DNA of 63,790 bases, filler included, from Trichosphaerium sp. ATCC 40318 (lineage: Eukaryota; Protista; Tubulinea): NCBI GenBank assembly GCA_038496445.1. It is 5 parts of 5 records of this genome, joined end to end, with 100 filler letters (N's around TTAATTAATTAA, not from the genome) between each part and the next. Parts side by side here need not be neighbours in the genome. Positions count along the whole stretch, not along the records: positions 1 to 17,117 come from JALMLS010000524.1; positions 17,218 to 41,184 come from JALMLS010000088.1; 3 more parts are not named here. The stretch is one strand, 5' to 3'. Numbering within the stretch: position 1 is the first letter of the stretch; every line of letters starts with the position of its first letter. The position numbers and the translations under genes were made by a program. Below, piece by piece: positions 11,301-22,884 of this stretch. Under the pieces are notes generated by a model. The model searched no databases. It was not told the DNA's origin and saw only the letters and a program-made list of their open reading frames with translations.

Positions 11301-13640
11301 TTAACCGGTATAGTTGGTGACTCGTTTTTTCTATCTAAATGTTTTGGTGAGGGGACACCACCCAAGTCGAAAAGGGTATCCCCTTTTAGTTTGACAAATT
11401 TGAAAGAGACGAGCCACTTCTTGGTCGGTTTGGCTTCGTCGTGGTTGTAGGTAATTGATTAGCAGGCAAAGGTGGTGGAGCTCCTGTCTGAGATTGATTC
11501 GCTTGAACTGTTGGTTTGTATGGTTTCCTTAACCAACATCTCTTTTCTTCATGAGTTCCCCAACCCGAGTGCTTATTACACCAATGCCATCCTGGTACCG
11601 GTGGTCCTGCGTTCTTATCTTTACGCCGAGACATCTGTTGATTCTTACTGAGGTTATAAAAAGCTTGTTGCGCCGTTGGTTGTCCTTGACTATTTCCTCG
11701 TCCATATCCTGATCCTGAGTTGTTTCCTTGATCGCGTCCTTGTCCAGATCTCGTTCTGCCGTTTCCACGATCTCTTCCACGTCCTCTTCCTCGATTACCT
11801 CTGCTGCCGTTTCCATTATTTCCTTTGTCGGTATCTTTTTGGTATTGTTTCTTCCTTTGTTCAAGATTTCGTGTGTGCAATTTCCTCCTGATCTTGATTT
11901 GTTCTTGAGACATTGCCAATTTCACGATATCATCAAATAACATGACGTTGGTAGCCCTCTTCGCAACTTCGTAACCCAAATCATAATTCATACCCGTGAA
12001 TGCTTCTTTTTGGAACATCAACGAATCTTTATCTATCTTCGCCTTCTTTGCCAGCATTGCCTTTTTAAATAAATAAGACGCAACTGGTAAATCTTTTTGC
12101 TCCAACTTCTCGTAATCCTTCCTCGCATTGAATCTCGTGCTGGTGAATAAAAAGCTTTCACCAATTCGTTTAATACATCATTGGGATCAGTGTCCAATAT
12201 TCCTTCGTAATAAAGATCAAACCATTCTGCAGCCACTCCCCCTAGATGCATTCTGATCAATTGTACTGTAGTTTTCTCCTCGGTAATTTCCATCGTGTGA
12301 CAGTATCGATTTATCTGTGACACAAAAAGTTCAGCATCATCTTTTCCATCACCCTGAAATTCGTTCACTTTGTGTTTTACTTTAGGAGCAGCAAACGAAA
12401 CACGTGGTCTATAAACGCCAAAGTTCTGTCATGGTTCTGATTCGTATATCCGTTTGGCGTATCGCTCGTCTTCCTCATCCATCTGCTCCAATATTTCTCG
12501 GTGTTGTTGTTGTAGAGTAGCCAGTGTGTCTTCTTTTCTTCTTGCTATGTTATCTTTTTGTGTAGTCATAACTTCTTGTCTAGCTTTCTCCACAACTTTC
12601 CTGAGTACTAATGCATCGAAACGAGTCTGGTAGTTGTGCAGCGCTTCTTCGTACTTTTTCTTCATAACTTTACCGTTCTTGCCCAAATAATCGCCTTCTT
12701 CTGGTCGGTCAATTTCATCAGCAGCTTCTATACGTGCCGATCTATCGTACTCTGCCGCTTGTTCATTTGTCGGTGGTACCAATGATAATTCCCAATCTTC
12801 ATCATCGTCGTCAGCCGCCGTATCTTCAATAGCCTTATCCAAAACTGCCAATCGCTCTTGTCGAAGTTGTTGCAACCGTTCTTTGCGCATGCTAATACGC
12901 CTTGTGATAACGTCATTACTTTTGTCATTATCTCGTGATGTCGGCGGTTTGTACGGAGATAGTTTGCCGACTTGTCCCCATCCTTGAGTTCTGCGTCGTT
13001 TACGTAGCTTAATCTTTTCGTCTATCTCTTTTTGTTTCCTCCGTAAATATCGAAGATCTTGATCGTCACTATCCAAGTCGCTGTCGCTGGAATGTTCTGC
13101 CATAGAAAAAAAATCAAGAAATGTTAATTCAAAGACGCTCTTAGCTGTTCAGGTGGGGTAATTAAACCTGCCCCACTCAGATATAGGCCTTGTAAGCTTC
13201 TCTGAGCTGAAATGTGCAAGCAACGCTCTTTGCGAAATATCTTGGTAAAGTTCGCCTGGTCGTGGGTAACGCCGCTAGAACCGCAAGCGAACCCTTTAGG
13301 GTATCCACGTGATTAATTTAATTACGTATCGCAGGTGTAATCCGTATCGTGTCGTCCACTGTTAGGTTTATAAGACGTAACCTAGTTTAAAACGTAATCT
13401 AACTGTTTATTAAGGTCTTTACAACATTAAGTCAGGTCAATCCCGATATATATAGTCTTAGAGCGTCACAAAAGAAATTTGAGAAAAGATACTTCCTTCT
13501 GACTTGTATGCAAATATTTGCTTGTACCCACATAGAAATGAACCCTCTGTCTTCATATACCAATGCTCTACATCAAAACTCAGCCACGTTTTTGTGTAAT
13601 CGACTGTGTTCATGTGTTGTTGCTGTTGTTGTTGCTACAT
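5390..13640 (-). CDS. Unidentified multi-exon host gene with the LTR retrotransposon inside one intron; ends approximate
   Basis: Exon QQQQQQHMNTVDYTKTWLSFD...AYK (~13500-13635) can splice in frame to PTGFRFGPL...IPSK and DLGELFHEALL...MSNNLSQIQVLKKRKR left of the element. Confidence 0.45.
6634..6744 (-). repeat. 3' LTR (111 bp)
   Basis: Identical to 13360-13470; purine-rich tract AGTGAGGGAG just upstream on the - strand. Confidence 0.95.
6936..7047. repeat. Degenerate ~33-bp tandem repeat in the retrotransposon 3' region
   Basis: GGCGAGTCTTTTATGGTGACTACTTTTACC twice, with a diverged copy between and a partial copy before. Confidence 0.8.
7273..11395 (-). CDS. pol: Pol (protease, RT, RNase H, integrase), split by one extra C near 9988
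   Basis: ALVDSGC protease; SPWAAPVVVV, RFCIDYK, YPLPRID, YMDD RT; LHTDAS RNase H; HHCC (GHLG...CSLC) and DDE integrase with GPF module. Confidence 0.95.
11351..11395 (-). promoter_or_regulatory. Candidate -1 programmed ribosomal frameshift signal at the gag/pol junction
   Basis: G_TCA_AAC just before the gag TAA, 5-nt spacer, then a GGGGATACC...GGTGTCCCC stem; pol is open in the -1 frame across the site. Confidence 0.7.
11386..13103 (-). CDS. gag: Gag, interrupted by an in-frame TGA (12429-12431) and a frameshift near 12135
   Basis: Capsid motif EFQGDGKDDAELFV...HLGGVAAEWF; RG-rich linker; CNKHSGWGTHEEKRC zinc-knuckle variant. Confidence 0.8.
13360..13470 (-). repeat. 5' LTR (111 bp), followed by candidate PBS (G)TGGACGACACG
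   Basis: Identical to 6634-6744; TGG-initiated segment immediately internal; primer tRNA not identified. Confidence 0.95.
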
Positions 13641-14231
13641 TATTTTTTAGGATCATTTTTCGGTTCACAGTTTTTGGGAACACTTTTCGATAAAATTGTG
13701 TGTTGAGTCATATGCCGCGCAGAAAGAAATGTATTCTATTTGAAGCTATTGTTCCGGGATTATTTGTTTCGAGTACGCTAAGGGCAAGTAAAGATGTCGA
13801 AAGGAACTTCCTTACCAAGTTCAGTGAACGTTAGAACGAAAAACCGCCGTCGAAAACGATAAAGACAGCATAAAAGTGTCATTCTAACGTTCACTGAATA
13901 GCAGAGGTCTTTTTTTGCCAACAATCAAAGCGTAAACTTTGTTTTTTGTTTTTTGTGTCTAGGTTACTATACAAGGACGTTGTGTGAGGGTGAGTCGAGG
14001 CGTGGCCGGTTTAACGTACGAACAGCGTCAATACTACCTCATGACGCTTGGGAGTAACAGTACCGTACTATCGGTGTATTTACCTTCAAACTGACCGTTA
14101 ACGGACCTTTTAAAGTTATGAGGCTTCTTTCTACGTACTTGAGGTGCGCGAGTGGTTTCTATAAAGCTCGACGCTTTTTGAGCCTAAAGCAAACGATATA
14201 ATTTAGTCAAAAACGCAGTTCGTGTATCATA

Positions 14232-15454
14232 ATGGCGACTCCTGTTATAATAGACACGGATCCAGGCGGTATAATCCAAGTTTAAGGTCTATGTGTTAAT
14301 TTTGTGTAGTTGACGACGCTTTCGCTATACTGCTAGCATTAGCGTCTAAAGAACTCTTAGTTGTAGGAATAACAATAGTTCAAGGCAACATTGCTAATAC
14401 GGCTCAAATGGCTAAAAACGCTTGTAAAATACTAGATGTGGCGAAGAAACGCGACATACCTGTAAATTACAGCTACTACGACAATGTTTTTGATTTTTTC
14501 TTACACCAAAGAGGTCTACGTTGGTGACTCTGTGCCTCTGGTACGTCCTAGTGGTTCAAGCGACCACTGTGTACATGGCAAAGACGGCATGGGTGACGCA
14601 GGCACGCCAGGTTAAAAACCAAGTAACTGATGGTTTCTAGGGATACCAGAGTCATCTATAAAGCCTCAAGCCACATCAGCTGTTGATTTTATTGTTGACA
14701 CTTGTGTCAATAAATACCCAAACAAGATTAGGCTGATTACAATTGGGTGCGATTTACGTTTTTTCTGTTGGATCTTACTTTACTTGTAGACCGTTTACAA
14801 ACATTGCCAAGGCCTGTCAGACTTTTCCTGATCTTCCAAAATATGTAAAGGGTGTCTACAGCATGGCTGGAGCAGTTGGTTACCCTGGGAATCGATCGCC
14901 TGCTGCTGAATGCAATGGTATTTTTTTTTTGACACATTCTTGTGTTTAACCACTACTGACTTGTATTAGTCCTTCTCGATCCAGAGGCTGCCAAGATAGT
15001 ATTCAATAGTGGTACGACATAAAACAAGCTTTTGAAATAATCACGTGACAAACACGTGTTAGAATGGACGATACATCTATCAGCACTAAATATTACGAAT
15101 ACAATTTTTTTACAAGATGAATTTTTTGAAGAACTGACAAGAGTCAACAAAGACGTTGGAGATTTTATGAAGAAAATAAGTAACCCTTATATACAGTTTT
15201 ATGTAAAGGCGTATAACAAACATGAATGGGGTTGTCATGATCCAACAGCAGTGATGACACTTTTAGAGCCAGATTTATTCACATCAAAAAAAATAACAGT
15301 TGATGTCGAAATAGAGGGTAAAGTAGCCCTTGGTGCAACTATTGGAGACTTTACAAACAGATGGGGAAGAAAAAAGAACGTTGAATTATATACTAGTGTT
15401 AACATTGAAGCATACAAGAAAGCAATGCTTCGGCGTTTTGCCAGAAAACAATAA
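14232..15454 (+). CDS. Inosine-uridine preferring nucleoside hydrolase, multi-exon
   Basis: IIDTDPG/VDDA, VHGKDGMGD, MAGA...GNRSPAAECN, HDPTAV motifs. Confidence 0.92.
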
Positions 15455-15624
15455 AAATTTTCGAGTGGTATGAGTTGTAACCTTTCTTTGGTTCTGTTTG
15501 AAAGTATGTATAACCTACTATCAGCCTAGCGAAAGAGTTACAATTGAAACAACATATTTTAGTCACGTGCTAAGTCATGCAACGAAGAAATTTCTGTAAG
15601 TTTCCACTTTTGCTGAAAGCAAAA

Positions 15625-16759
15625 ATGTCAGCGAATACGCAAGCAAAACTCACGCAAAGCGACGTGGATGATCTTACATCGTCTCTAAACGCTGAATTTG
15701 GCAAATACGGCTATGAAACACGGCCATTTCTCGTACGTAGTACAAATGACGTTTTTAGGCCCTAATACGCTATAGCTGTCGTGGTACAATGAGTTGGTGA
15801 TTACTAAGCCACAAGGAGACAAATATGTTCTTAATCCTTCCAATGCGCTTGCATTTTGCGTTGCTAGTAACCACGCTATGTTTGACAACTTTAAAAAGTG
15901 GTACAGACAAAAAGTTAAAGTTGAAGGAGCAGACGTCCGCAAAACGTCCGCAATCGATCTATGTACCAAGGACCACATGAGCATGGTCGCATCTAGCGTA
16001 TTGGCGAAACATAACAAGGACATTAAAATACTCTACGACTCTGATATTGGTCCCAATAGGCGTCCATTGGTGTGTTAAGTATTCAACATGCGTGTTAATG
16101 TCTATCTAAGGTTTTGGTCCAAACAGCCGGTCACGTATCAGGATTGGCGCGATATTACCAACAGGATGATGTAAAGAATCCGCCAGAGATGTGGAAGACC
16201 AAGAAAGTCTATGGTTCATCAGTACACGCTAAATATGGAGGTAACAAAAGAAAGTTATTTCCATGCACCAGTTTTTTTACTTAGTTTATGTCAACAAAGG
16301 TTGGTTTGCATTTCGTGCTGTGATCATATTGCCTTCAGTAACAGCATCTATAAATAAAGTACCTCCACCAGATTGCCTTAAGACTGATGCTGAGAAGATC
16401 CAATTACTTCAAGGTACGTTAGATTGTGAACACTTTTTTCTTTATTATGAGCTGACATTAATTTAAAGAGTTTTCTTGGGATTGGAAAGGTGCTAAATGG
16501 CGTATCGTACAGGGTATTGATATAAACATTATATAGTCACCTTTTAATAGTACATTTTAGTACCTAAAGAATTACAATACTCAGATGATCAACACAACTA
16601 CTTTAGAACACCTCCAGGTAAGAAAAGTTGTTGGATTTTCTTTTGGTTGATTTAATGATAAAAACCCGGCAGGCTTTCATTCTCACATCGCTTGTAGGTG
16701 ATAACCACAAAAAGCGAAATGAAATGTTGGAAAAGATTTTAGCGTCCGAGGAAAAGTGA
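15625..16759 (+). CDS. MMACHC: Cobalamin-processing reductase/dealkylase, CblC/MMACHC homolog
   Basis: RPFL/LSWYNE, NRRPL/VLVQTAGHVSGLARYYQ, SVHAKYG/GWFAFRAVI motifs. Confidence 0.88.
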
Positions 16760-17117
16760 GCCAGCTACAAGAAAAAAATTCAAGAGTAAACAGAAATTTG
16801 TAGGCTATTAATAAGAAAAATTGATTTTTGCGTCATACTGTGGCTTTAGCCACTACTGGCTTTTTAAACTATGAAATCGTATTTCGTAGAATATTTGCCA
16901 AGCAGATTGCCTTTGGTTGGATACTCATTTGTTGTACATTACGTTTTGCTCCACGTGGATAGTTCCTAGAATCTTTAAGCGATCGTCAAGAGAATAAGCC
17001 TTACTAATAGTTAGTCACAGCAACATCTCACAATGCACGCCTCACATCTACAATTTCTGTTCAGCTACTAGCAGTTCAGACAACAGTGCGTGCTGCATCA
17101 CTTGATAAACAAGAAAA

Positions 17118-17217
17118 NNNNNNNNNNNNNNNNNNNNNNNNNNNNNNNNNNNNNNNNNNNNTTAATTAATTAANNNNNNNNNNNNNNNNNNNNNNNNNNN
17201 NNNNNNNNNNNNNNNNN
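17118..17217. other. Artificial contig linker (N-run with six-frame stop TTAATTAATTAA); identical linkers at 41185-41284, 52126-52225, 61477-61576
   Basis: 100-bp N blocks with a central TTAATTAATTAA; genes are cut at both sides. Confidence 0.98.
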
Positions 17218-18303
17218 AGTACACGTGTCATTTGGCAAGAAAAAGCATACATGTAAAACGACGTGAAAAATTTTTTGTTTACCTGGTAGTGCCATTCCCA
17301 ATGCCTCGATGGCTGTTGCCATTGTGTTAGCTGTAAACATACCACCACATGAACCTTTAGAAAATGTCTTAGCTTTGTATCTAAGACTCAAAATGTACCA
17401 GAACCGGGAAGAGCGCACTTTTCTATTTTGTGTAGCTCTTCAATATCAATCAATCCACCACCATACTTTCCAATGGCCTCCATTACATCCTTTATACTGT
17501 TAACAGTTAACAAAGAGATGTAAAGGATACCATGATATCCATTTCAACTTCACCACATTTTCCTGGGAGAATAGATCCGCCATACAAAGTAATACCTACA
17601 TGAAGGATTAGATATTTTCGAACTTTGAGAAAAAGAGCGGAGGATTGAGTTGTCGCCTACCTATTAAATTGTGACGAGCTAGTGGCATGAGAGCTCCAGG
17701 AAGTGTTTTATCACAACCACCTAATGTGATAATACCATCGGCCATGTAACCCTATAACTATGAGTAACAAAAAAAAAGGAGAACAGATTTTACAAAAAAA
17801 CACGAAACTTTGTATTAACATCTACCTTGTGCATAATTTCTATCGAATCAGCTATCCAATCCCTAGAAACAAGCGAGTATCTCATACCAGATGTACTAGT
17901 ACGATAAATAAGCGTTTTAGGACCCACAACTGACAAAACAAAAAATCGTGACGAAAAGTTTTTTTCCTATCTCGCTCTCTTTCTCTTCGTTACAAGCCCT
18001 CAGCGCGTACCCGTTCGTTACACCGTCTGAAATAACAGGAGTACCTGCTACAAATCCTTTACCACCCAATTCATCGATGTACTGTATGATAATATCGCTA
18101 AGATCACGGAATTTGTTGTTACAAGGCAATATGTTACTGTATGGTTGGCCAACCGTTATTACAGGTTTAGACCAATCTCCTTTATCATCTTTCCACCCTG
18201 CTGCGCGTAAATGAGACCTTGCGCCTGCTTTCTTCACCCACAGGCCTTGGTCCTTGTCATTGCCTGTCAACTCGTAGCTTTCGTTCTTATAAGCCCTTTC
18301 CAT
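17218..18303 (-). CDS. ilvD: Dihydroxy-acid dehydratase (IlvD/Edd family), 3' truncated by the contig end
   Basis: [58 protein letters not shown] motifs. Confidence 0.92.
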
Positions 18304-18592
18304 AAAGAGAGAACGCTAGTAAGTGGAGACTATCAGCGAACAACGAGTAATACTATTACAACGTTTTTTTAAAACAAAGCAATTAACATACCTGGTGAAC
18401 ACAGTGAAGCTCTACACAGTACTGTATCTGTAACGTCAGAGTTCCTTTTCGCACGAAGTCGGGCTTAGGAGTCGCGTTTAAGTTTTGACTCGTTGAATTG
18501 TAAGCTTTTGTCAAAACAGTGTCATTCTTGTTGTAGAAGCTTACAGAGGCTCTGTTGAGACTATCTCTGCCGTGAGTTTATAAATTGTAGTG

Positions 18593-21215
18593 ATGCTTCT
18601 TGGCCTTGGCGCAAAACAATGCGTAGCGCGCCGAGCTACTAGCTATGCATCGTCTGTGCGTGGAGACAATAATGAAACACGACAGGTATTTATTTAGCAC
18701 AACTGGCGTAAATAACCCTTCCTAGTCCTTAAATACAACTAAATTTCGCCGAAAAGGTGTATTATTGAGGTAAACTACATTTTGAGAAATCTATCCAACC
18801 TTTTTCACAGCAAAGTGGTTCAATCGCGTTTCTACGCAAAGGAGGCAAACACACTAGAGCAGTTGGGTCCTGGACTTTTTAGACAGAACATCAAAGCATG
18901 GAACGACATGGAAAGGGAGTTTGTAAAGAGGTAACGCAACTGGCAACGCTTAAAACCCGATTTTAATCGATTATCTCTTTACAACCCTTTTAACACGCGT
19001 AGGCTTCCAGAATCCGACTTGAAACAAATACTTAGCATCACAGGAGGTGATAAAAACTCTTTAAAAGTTTCTAGTATGCTTAAACTCATGACAAGCGTTT
19101 CATTCGATCCCAGATACACCTATGAGTGCGTAACATGAACCCTCACACCGTGATGAGTAATGTCACAACAGGTTTACAAAAATGGGCGAAATCGGACCTA
19201 CTAGTGCTCGACACCCAACGCCACATGAACAAGCGAATCCTGGTATGGGTACAAAAACACCTGTACGTGTTTTTTGCATAAAAGAAAACCCACAAACCGT
19301 GTTACACTCGAACAATCATTTATCCCAAAAAAAAAAAAAGAAAAATAATTACGTACTTACTTTGAAACAAATAGCTGGTTTGGTTTGATCGGCCAAGAGA
19401 TATGCAAAAAGATGCATCTGAATTTCAAGCATGTCTATTCATCATTACACAATATGCACGATACTGGGTAAGCGACAAGGAATTCAATTACACTTTTTTT
19501 TTTCTGATTTTTTTTTTTCTCTTTTTAGAGGCTTAACCTTGATTCTGGGTTAATGGACTGGCGTGATATTCCACGTAGAATGCCTACATTTGATGTTGTA
19601 CAAGTAAGTTTAATATAACTAATCAATTGCATCATCACCTTATCCCTCTTCATGATTTCAAAGAGTAACTCTTTTTTTTCTCTTGTGATAGGCTATACAA
19701 TTTCGTCATATGCATGTGTTAATGACTAAGAAAAATGTTGGTTGGTTTAGAAGAAAATACAAATACGGTCTATCATTTGTTGATAAACGTACGTCCAAGA
19801 CAGTTCACTATTGTGAAGGAACAAAAAACCATCATCATTTAAAGCGATGTTTCACTTAACTTTACAACTCGACGAGGTCGTTTAATTAACTCTTCTTTTA
19901 TATAGTTGGTAAATTCTATGAAATGAATAAGTGGGGTTCCCAGATTCCTTACAGGAATGCGACTATATGCGCAACAGAAGATAATATCCTTTGTTTCGGA
20001 CATGACTTAGATAATCCAAATTGCGAGCATCTAGGTATGGCTTACTGGGATTTTGGTGTATGGAGGTAAGTTCGAACAAACGCAACAAGTGCTTTGTGTT
20101 AACATTATATATAGACCATTTAGAAGCAGGTGGAGAAAGATTGAACCTAAAGGCGATGTACGTTTTATGCAAATCGCATAAACTTTTTGATTGTTTTTTT
20201 TTGGTGTGCTTATGTTGCTCTTTTAGATACCACCTATGACAGTTCACCAACCTGTTGTTGCTGTCAGTGAAAACCAAAGACATGTGTATGTAAACATTGT
20301 ACACTGTGGTAATTTTAACACATATGTACTTGACACAAGTACGTCTCATCTCCCTGTCCCTCTTTCCCATTTAGTTGTTAATGTGTTACCTTTCTAGGGG
20401 ATTGGACATGGACAAGGATTGCTCCTCGTCTTCCTAGACCACCACTAATGCATGGCGCTCGTGCAATAATATGGGATAAGAGATTAATCCTCACTCAAGG
20501 TTTGTGTTCAAAGAGAAATTTTTCATGAAGTTAACTTTGAAATAGGAAGACAAGTATCCGGTTCTAATCCAATTGAGAGTAAAAGCCACTTTAGATTCAG
20601 AAAAAAAAGTCAAAATGCTCTTCACTTTAAACATAATAATCAGACAGTTATGTCTGGTATGTTAAGCTCTAAATGGGCTGAAACTTATGTACTTGACTTG
20701 AGTAAGTACTTTAGTTTTTTCTTTTCTTTTCTGACCCTCTTTGTAGCTACAGAAAGATGGGTTATTCCTGAAACTTCTATACAATGCATAGGCGAAGCAT
20801 TGCCACCAACAGAGTGTATGACTTTCATCCAAACAAAGTGTAAAAGCTAATTTTTTTGTTTAGACAAACTGCGCCATTCTCATGGTACTTTGGCTCTTAC
20901 TGATGATATGACAGTACATCCTGGACTTTATATTGTAGGAGGTATTGATTCTGCTGGTGATGAAGTTAGAGATATCTGGCGTATGGAGCAGACAGACTTA
21001 GGACCAATAGAGAGTATGTCAAATAACTTTGTTTGTTTTGTTTAACAACTTTGCTAACTTCATTTTTTAAAGACCCAGATGAACATCCACCTTTGGGTTT
21101 CCCAAGAACAAGGGAGGCGCCGAGTCAGGTACCTCCTGCTTGGGTTGATTTTAAGAGAATGATGGAAGAAAGATTCCCTAAATCCAAGAAATGGCTACCA
21201 AGCGATCCTTTGTAA
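18593..21215 (+). CDS. Multi-exon hypothetical protein, possible mitochondrial presequence, Kelch-like C-terminal repeats
   Basis: MLLGLGAKQCVARRATSYASS N-terminus; LYIVGGIDSAGDEVRDIWRM Kelch-like blade; many short GT-AG introns. Confidence 0.45.
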
Positions 21216-21364
21216 AAAACAAAAATAAAAGAAATCTGCTGACTTAATTGACGATTTATGCTAAGTGATGGCGCACAAATTGTAATAAAACGTCCGAACT
21301 GTCTATCCACCGCCTCATTAGAGGTATTTAACGCTGTTACTAAATTAACTGATTATAAATAAGA

Positions 21365-22801
21365 ATGTCTCGCCCAATTCCAATTGTCTGCGTGACAGGC
21401 GCTTCTGGGTGCGTAGTAACATCCGTTAAAACCGTTTAAGAATGTAACACTATATTTTACAGTTATATTGGCTCTCATGTCGTAGATCTACTCCTATCTC
21501 AAGGCTACAGAGTGCGAGGGACTGTGAGAAGTGTTAAAAACGAAAATAAAGTCAAGCACTTGGCAAAATACACAACATTGGAACTTTTTGAGGCTGATTT
21601 ACTAAAACAGAAAAGTTTTGCGAAAGCTTTTTCAGGCAAGTCTTTTGGGAAATAAGGAAAACCCAAATTTCGCTCTAACACTTTTTGTAGGTTGTACCTA
21701 CGTCATACATGTTGCTTCACCTTTTCAATTACTTGTCAGTGACCCTCAGAAAGAGCTTGTTGATCCTGCAGTTAACGCACGTGTCATTTGAGTTGAAAAA
21801 ACAAAAACGCCTCTATAAAGCCAATGTTTGCTCACCTTAGATTGTTTAGGGAACAGTAAACGTGTTGACAGCAGCTAGAGACGCCGGTGTATCCAGAGTA
21901 GTGTTAACATCATCTATCGCTGCAGTTGAAGGCAACAAACTCAATATCTGTATTTTGACAAAACTCACATTGGACTTAGGACTACACGGAAGAATGTCAA
22001 AACCTGGTGTTGTGCTTTCAGAGAAAGATTGGAACGCAACCTCTTCGCTTACAAAGGACCCTTACGCGTTCAGTAAGATTCAACTAGCTAGATGCTTATC
22101 GATTAACACGGTGTAGGCAAAGTAGAGGCTGAAAAAGCCGCTTGGGCATTTGTAAAAGCAAATCCTAGTCTAGAATTGGCTGTTATCAATCCTGGGTGCG
22201 TTAGTATTGAGTGTATGCGTTCTTATTTTATTTTGTAGATTCGTGATTGGACCATCTTTGTCAGCAAGAGAGGACGCAACTAGTATGAAACTTGTTAAAA
22301 CTTGGGTTGGTGGCATGTTTGCAAAGAGAGGTACCCTTTCGTTTTTGTTTTACGCGTGAAACTCACATAGCTTAAAGGTGCTCCCCATGGGTATATACCA
22401 AGCGTGGATGTAAGAGATGTGGCACTGGGCCATATACGGGCAATGATACAGCCAAATGCTAAAGGTGCGCTTAACACTCAACTAGTCTGAGACAGTGGTT
22501 GATAACGCAAAATTGCTTGTTTACTGAAGTATTAGATAAACGCTTTCTTTTCACAGCTACGCGCAAACCGTATTCTTTCCTTGAGCTATTCGATATGATT
22601 AGTAGCGAGTACCCACAATTTCCATTACCACGTACATTATCAAAGCGTAAACCAAAACGTAAAACGTACCCACCAATTGCAGATAACTCTAGAGCTACTG
22701 ATATACTACGTATACATTTTATACCTATAGATGAATCTATACGTGATATGGTGAGAGATATGATACAAAAGAGATTGATTAATCTAAACTCTAACTTGTA
22801 A
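21365..22801 (+). CDS. NAD(P)-dependent epimerase/dehydratase (aldehyde reductase/DFR-like extended SDR)
   Basis: VCVTGASG/YIGSHVV, GYRVRGTVR, HVASP, VVLTSSIAAV, YAFSK, VDVRDVALGH. Confidence 0.93.
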
Positions 22802-22884
22802 TAATAAAACTTAACTACCATTAAGTTTTACATCAGGTTTTTTATTTACAGCCTGGCAGTAAGTACAGTTTTTCTCACTATTTT

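Larger units (their letters stand above)
6634..13470 (-). mobile_element. Full-length Ty3/gypsy LTR retrotransposon
   Basis: Identical TG...CA LTRs; 5-bp TSD AAAGA (6629-6633, 13471-13475); gag-PR-RT-RH-IN domain order. Confidence 0.97.

Noticed and set aside
14031-14041. let-7 seed-like TGAGGTAGTA on the - strand
   Set aside because: Only a 10-nt match with no let-7 precursor context; expected by chance.
17162-17173. TTAATTAATTAA palindrome as a biological repeat
   Set aside because: Synthetic six-frame stop linker.
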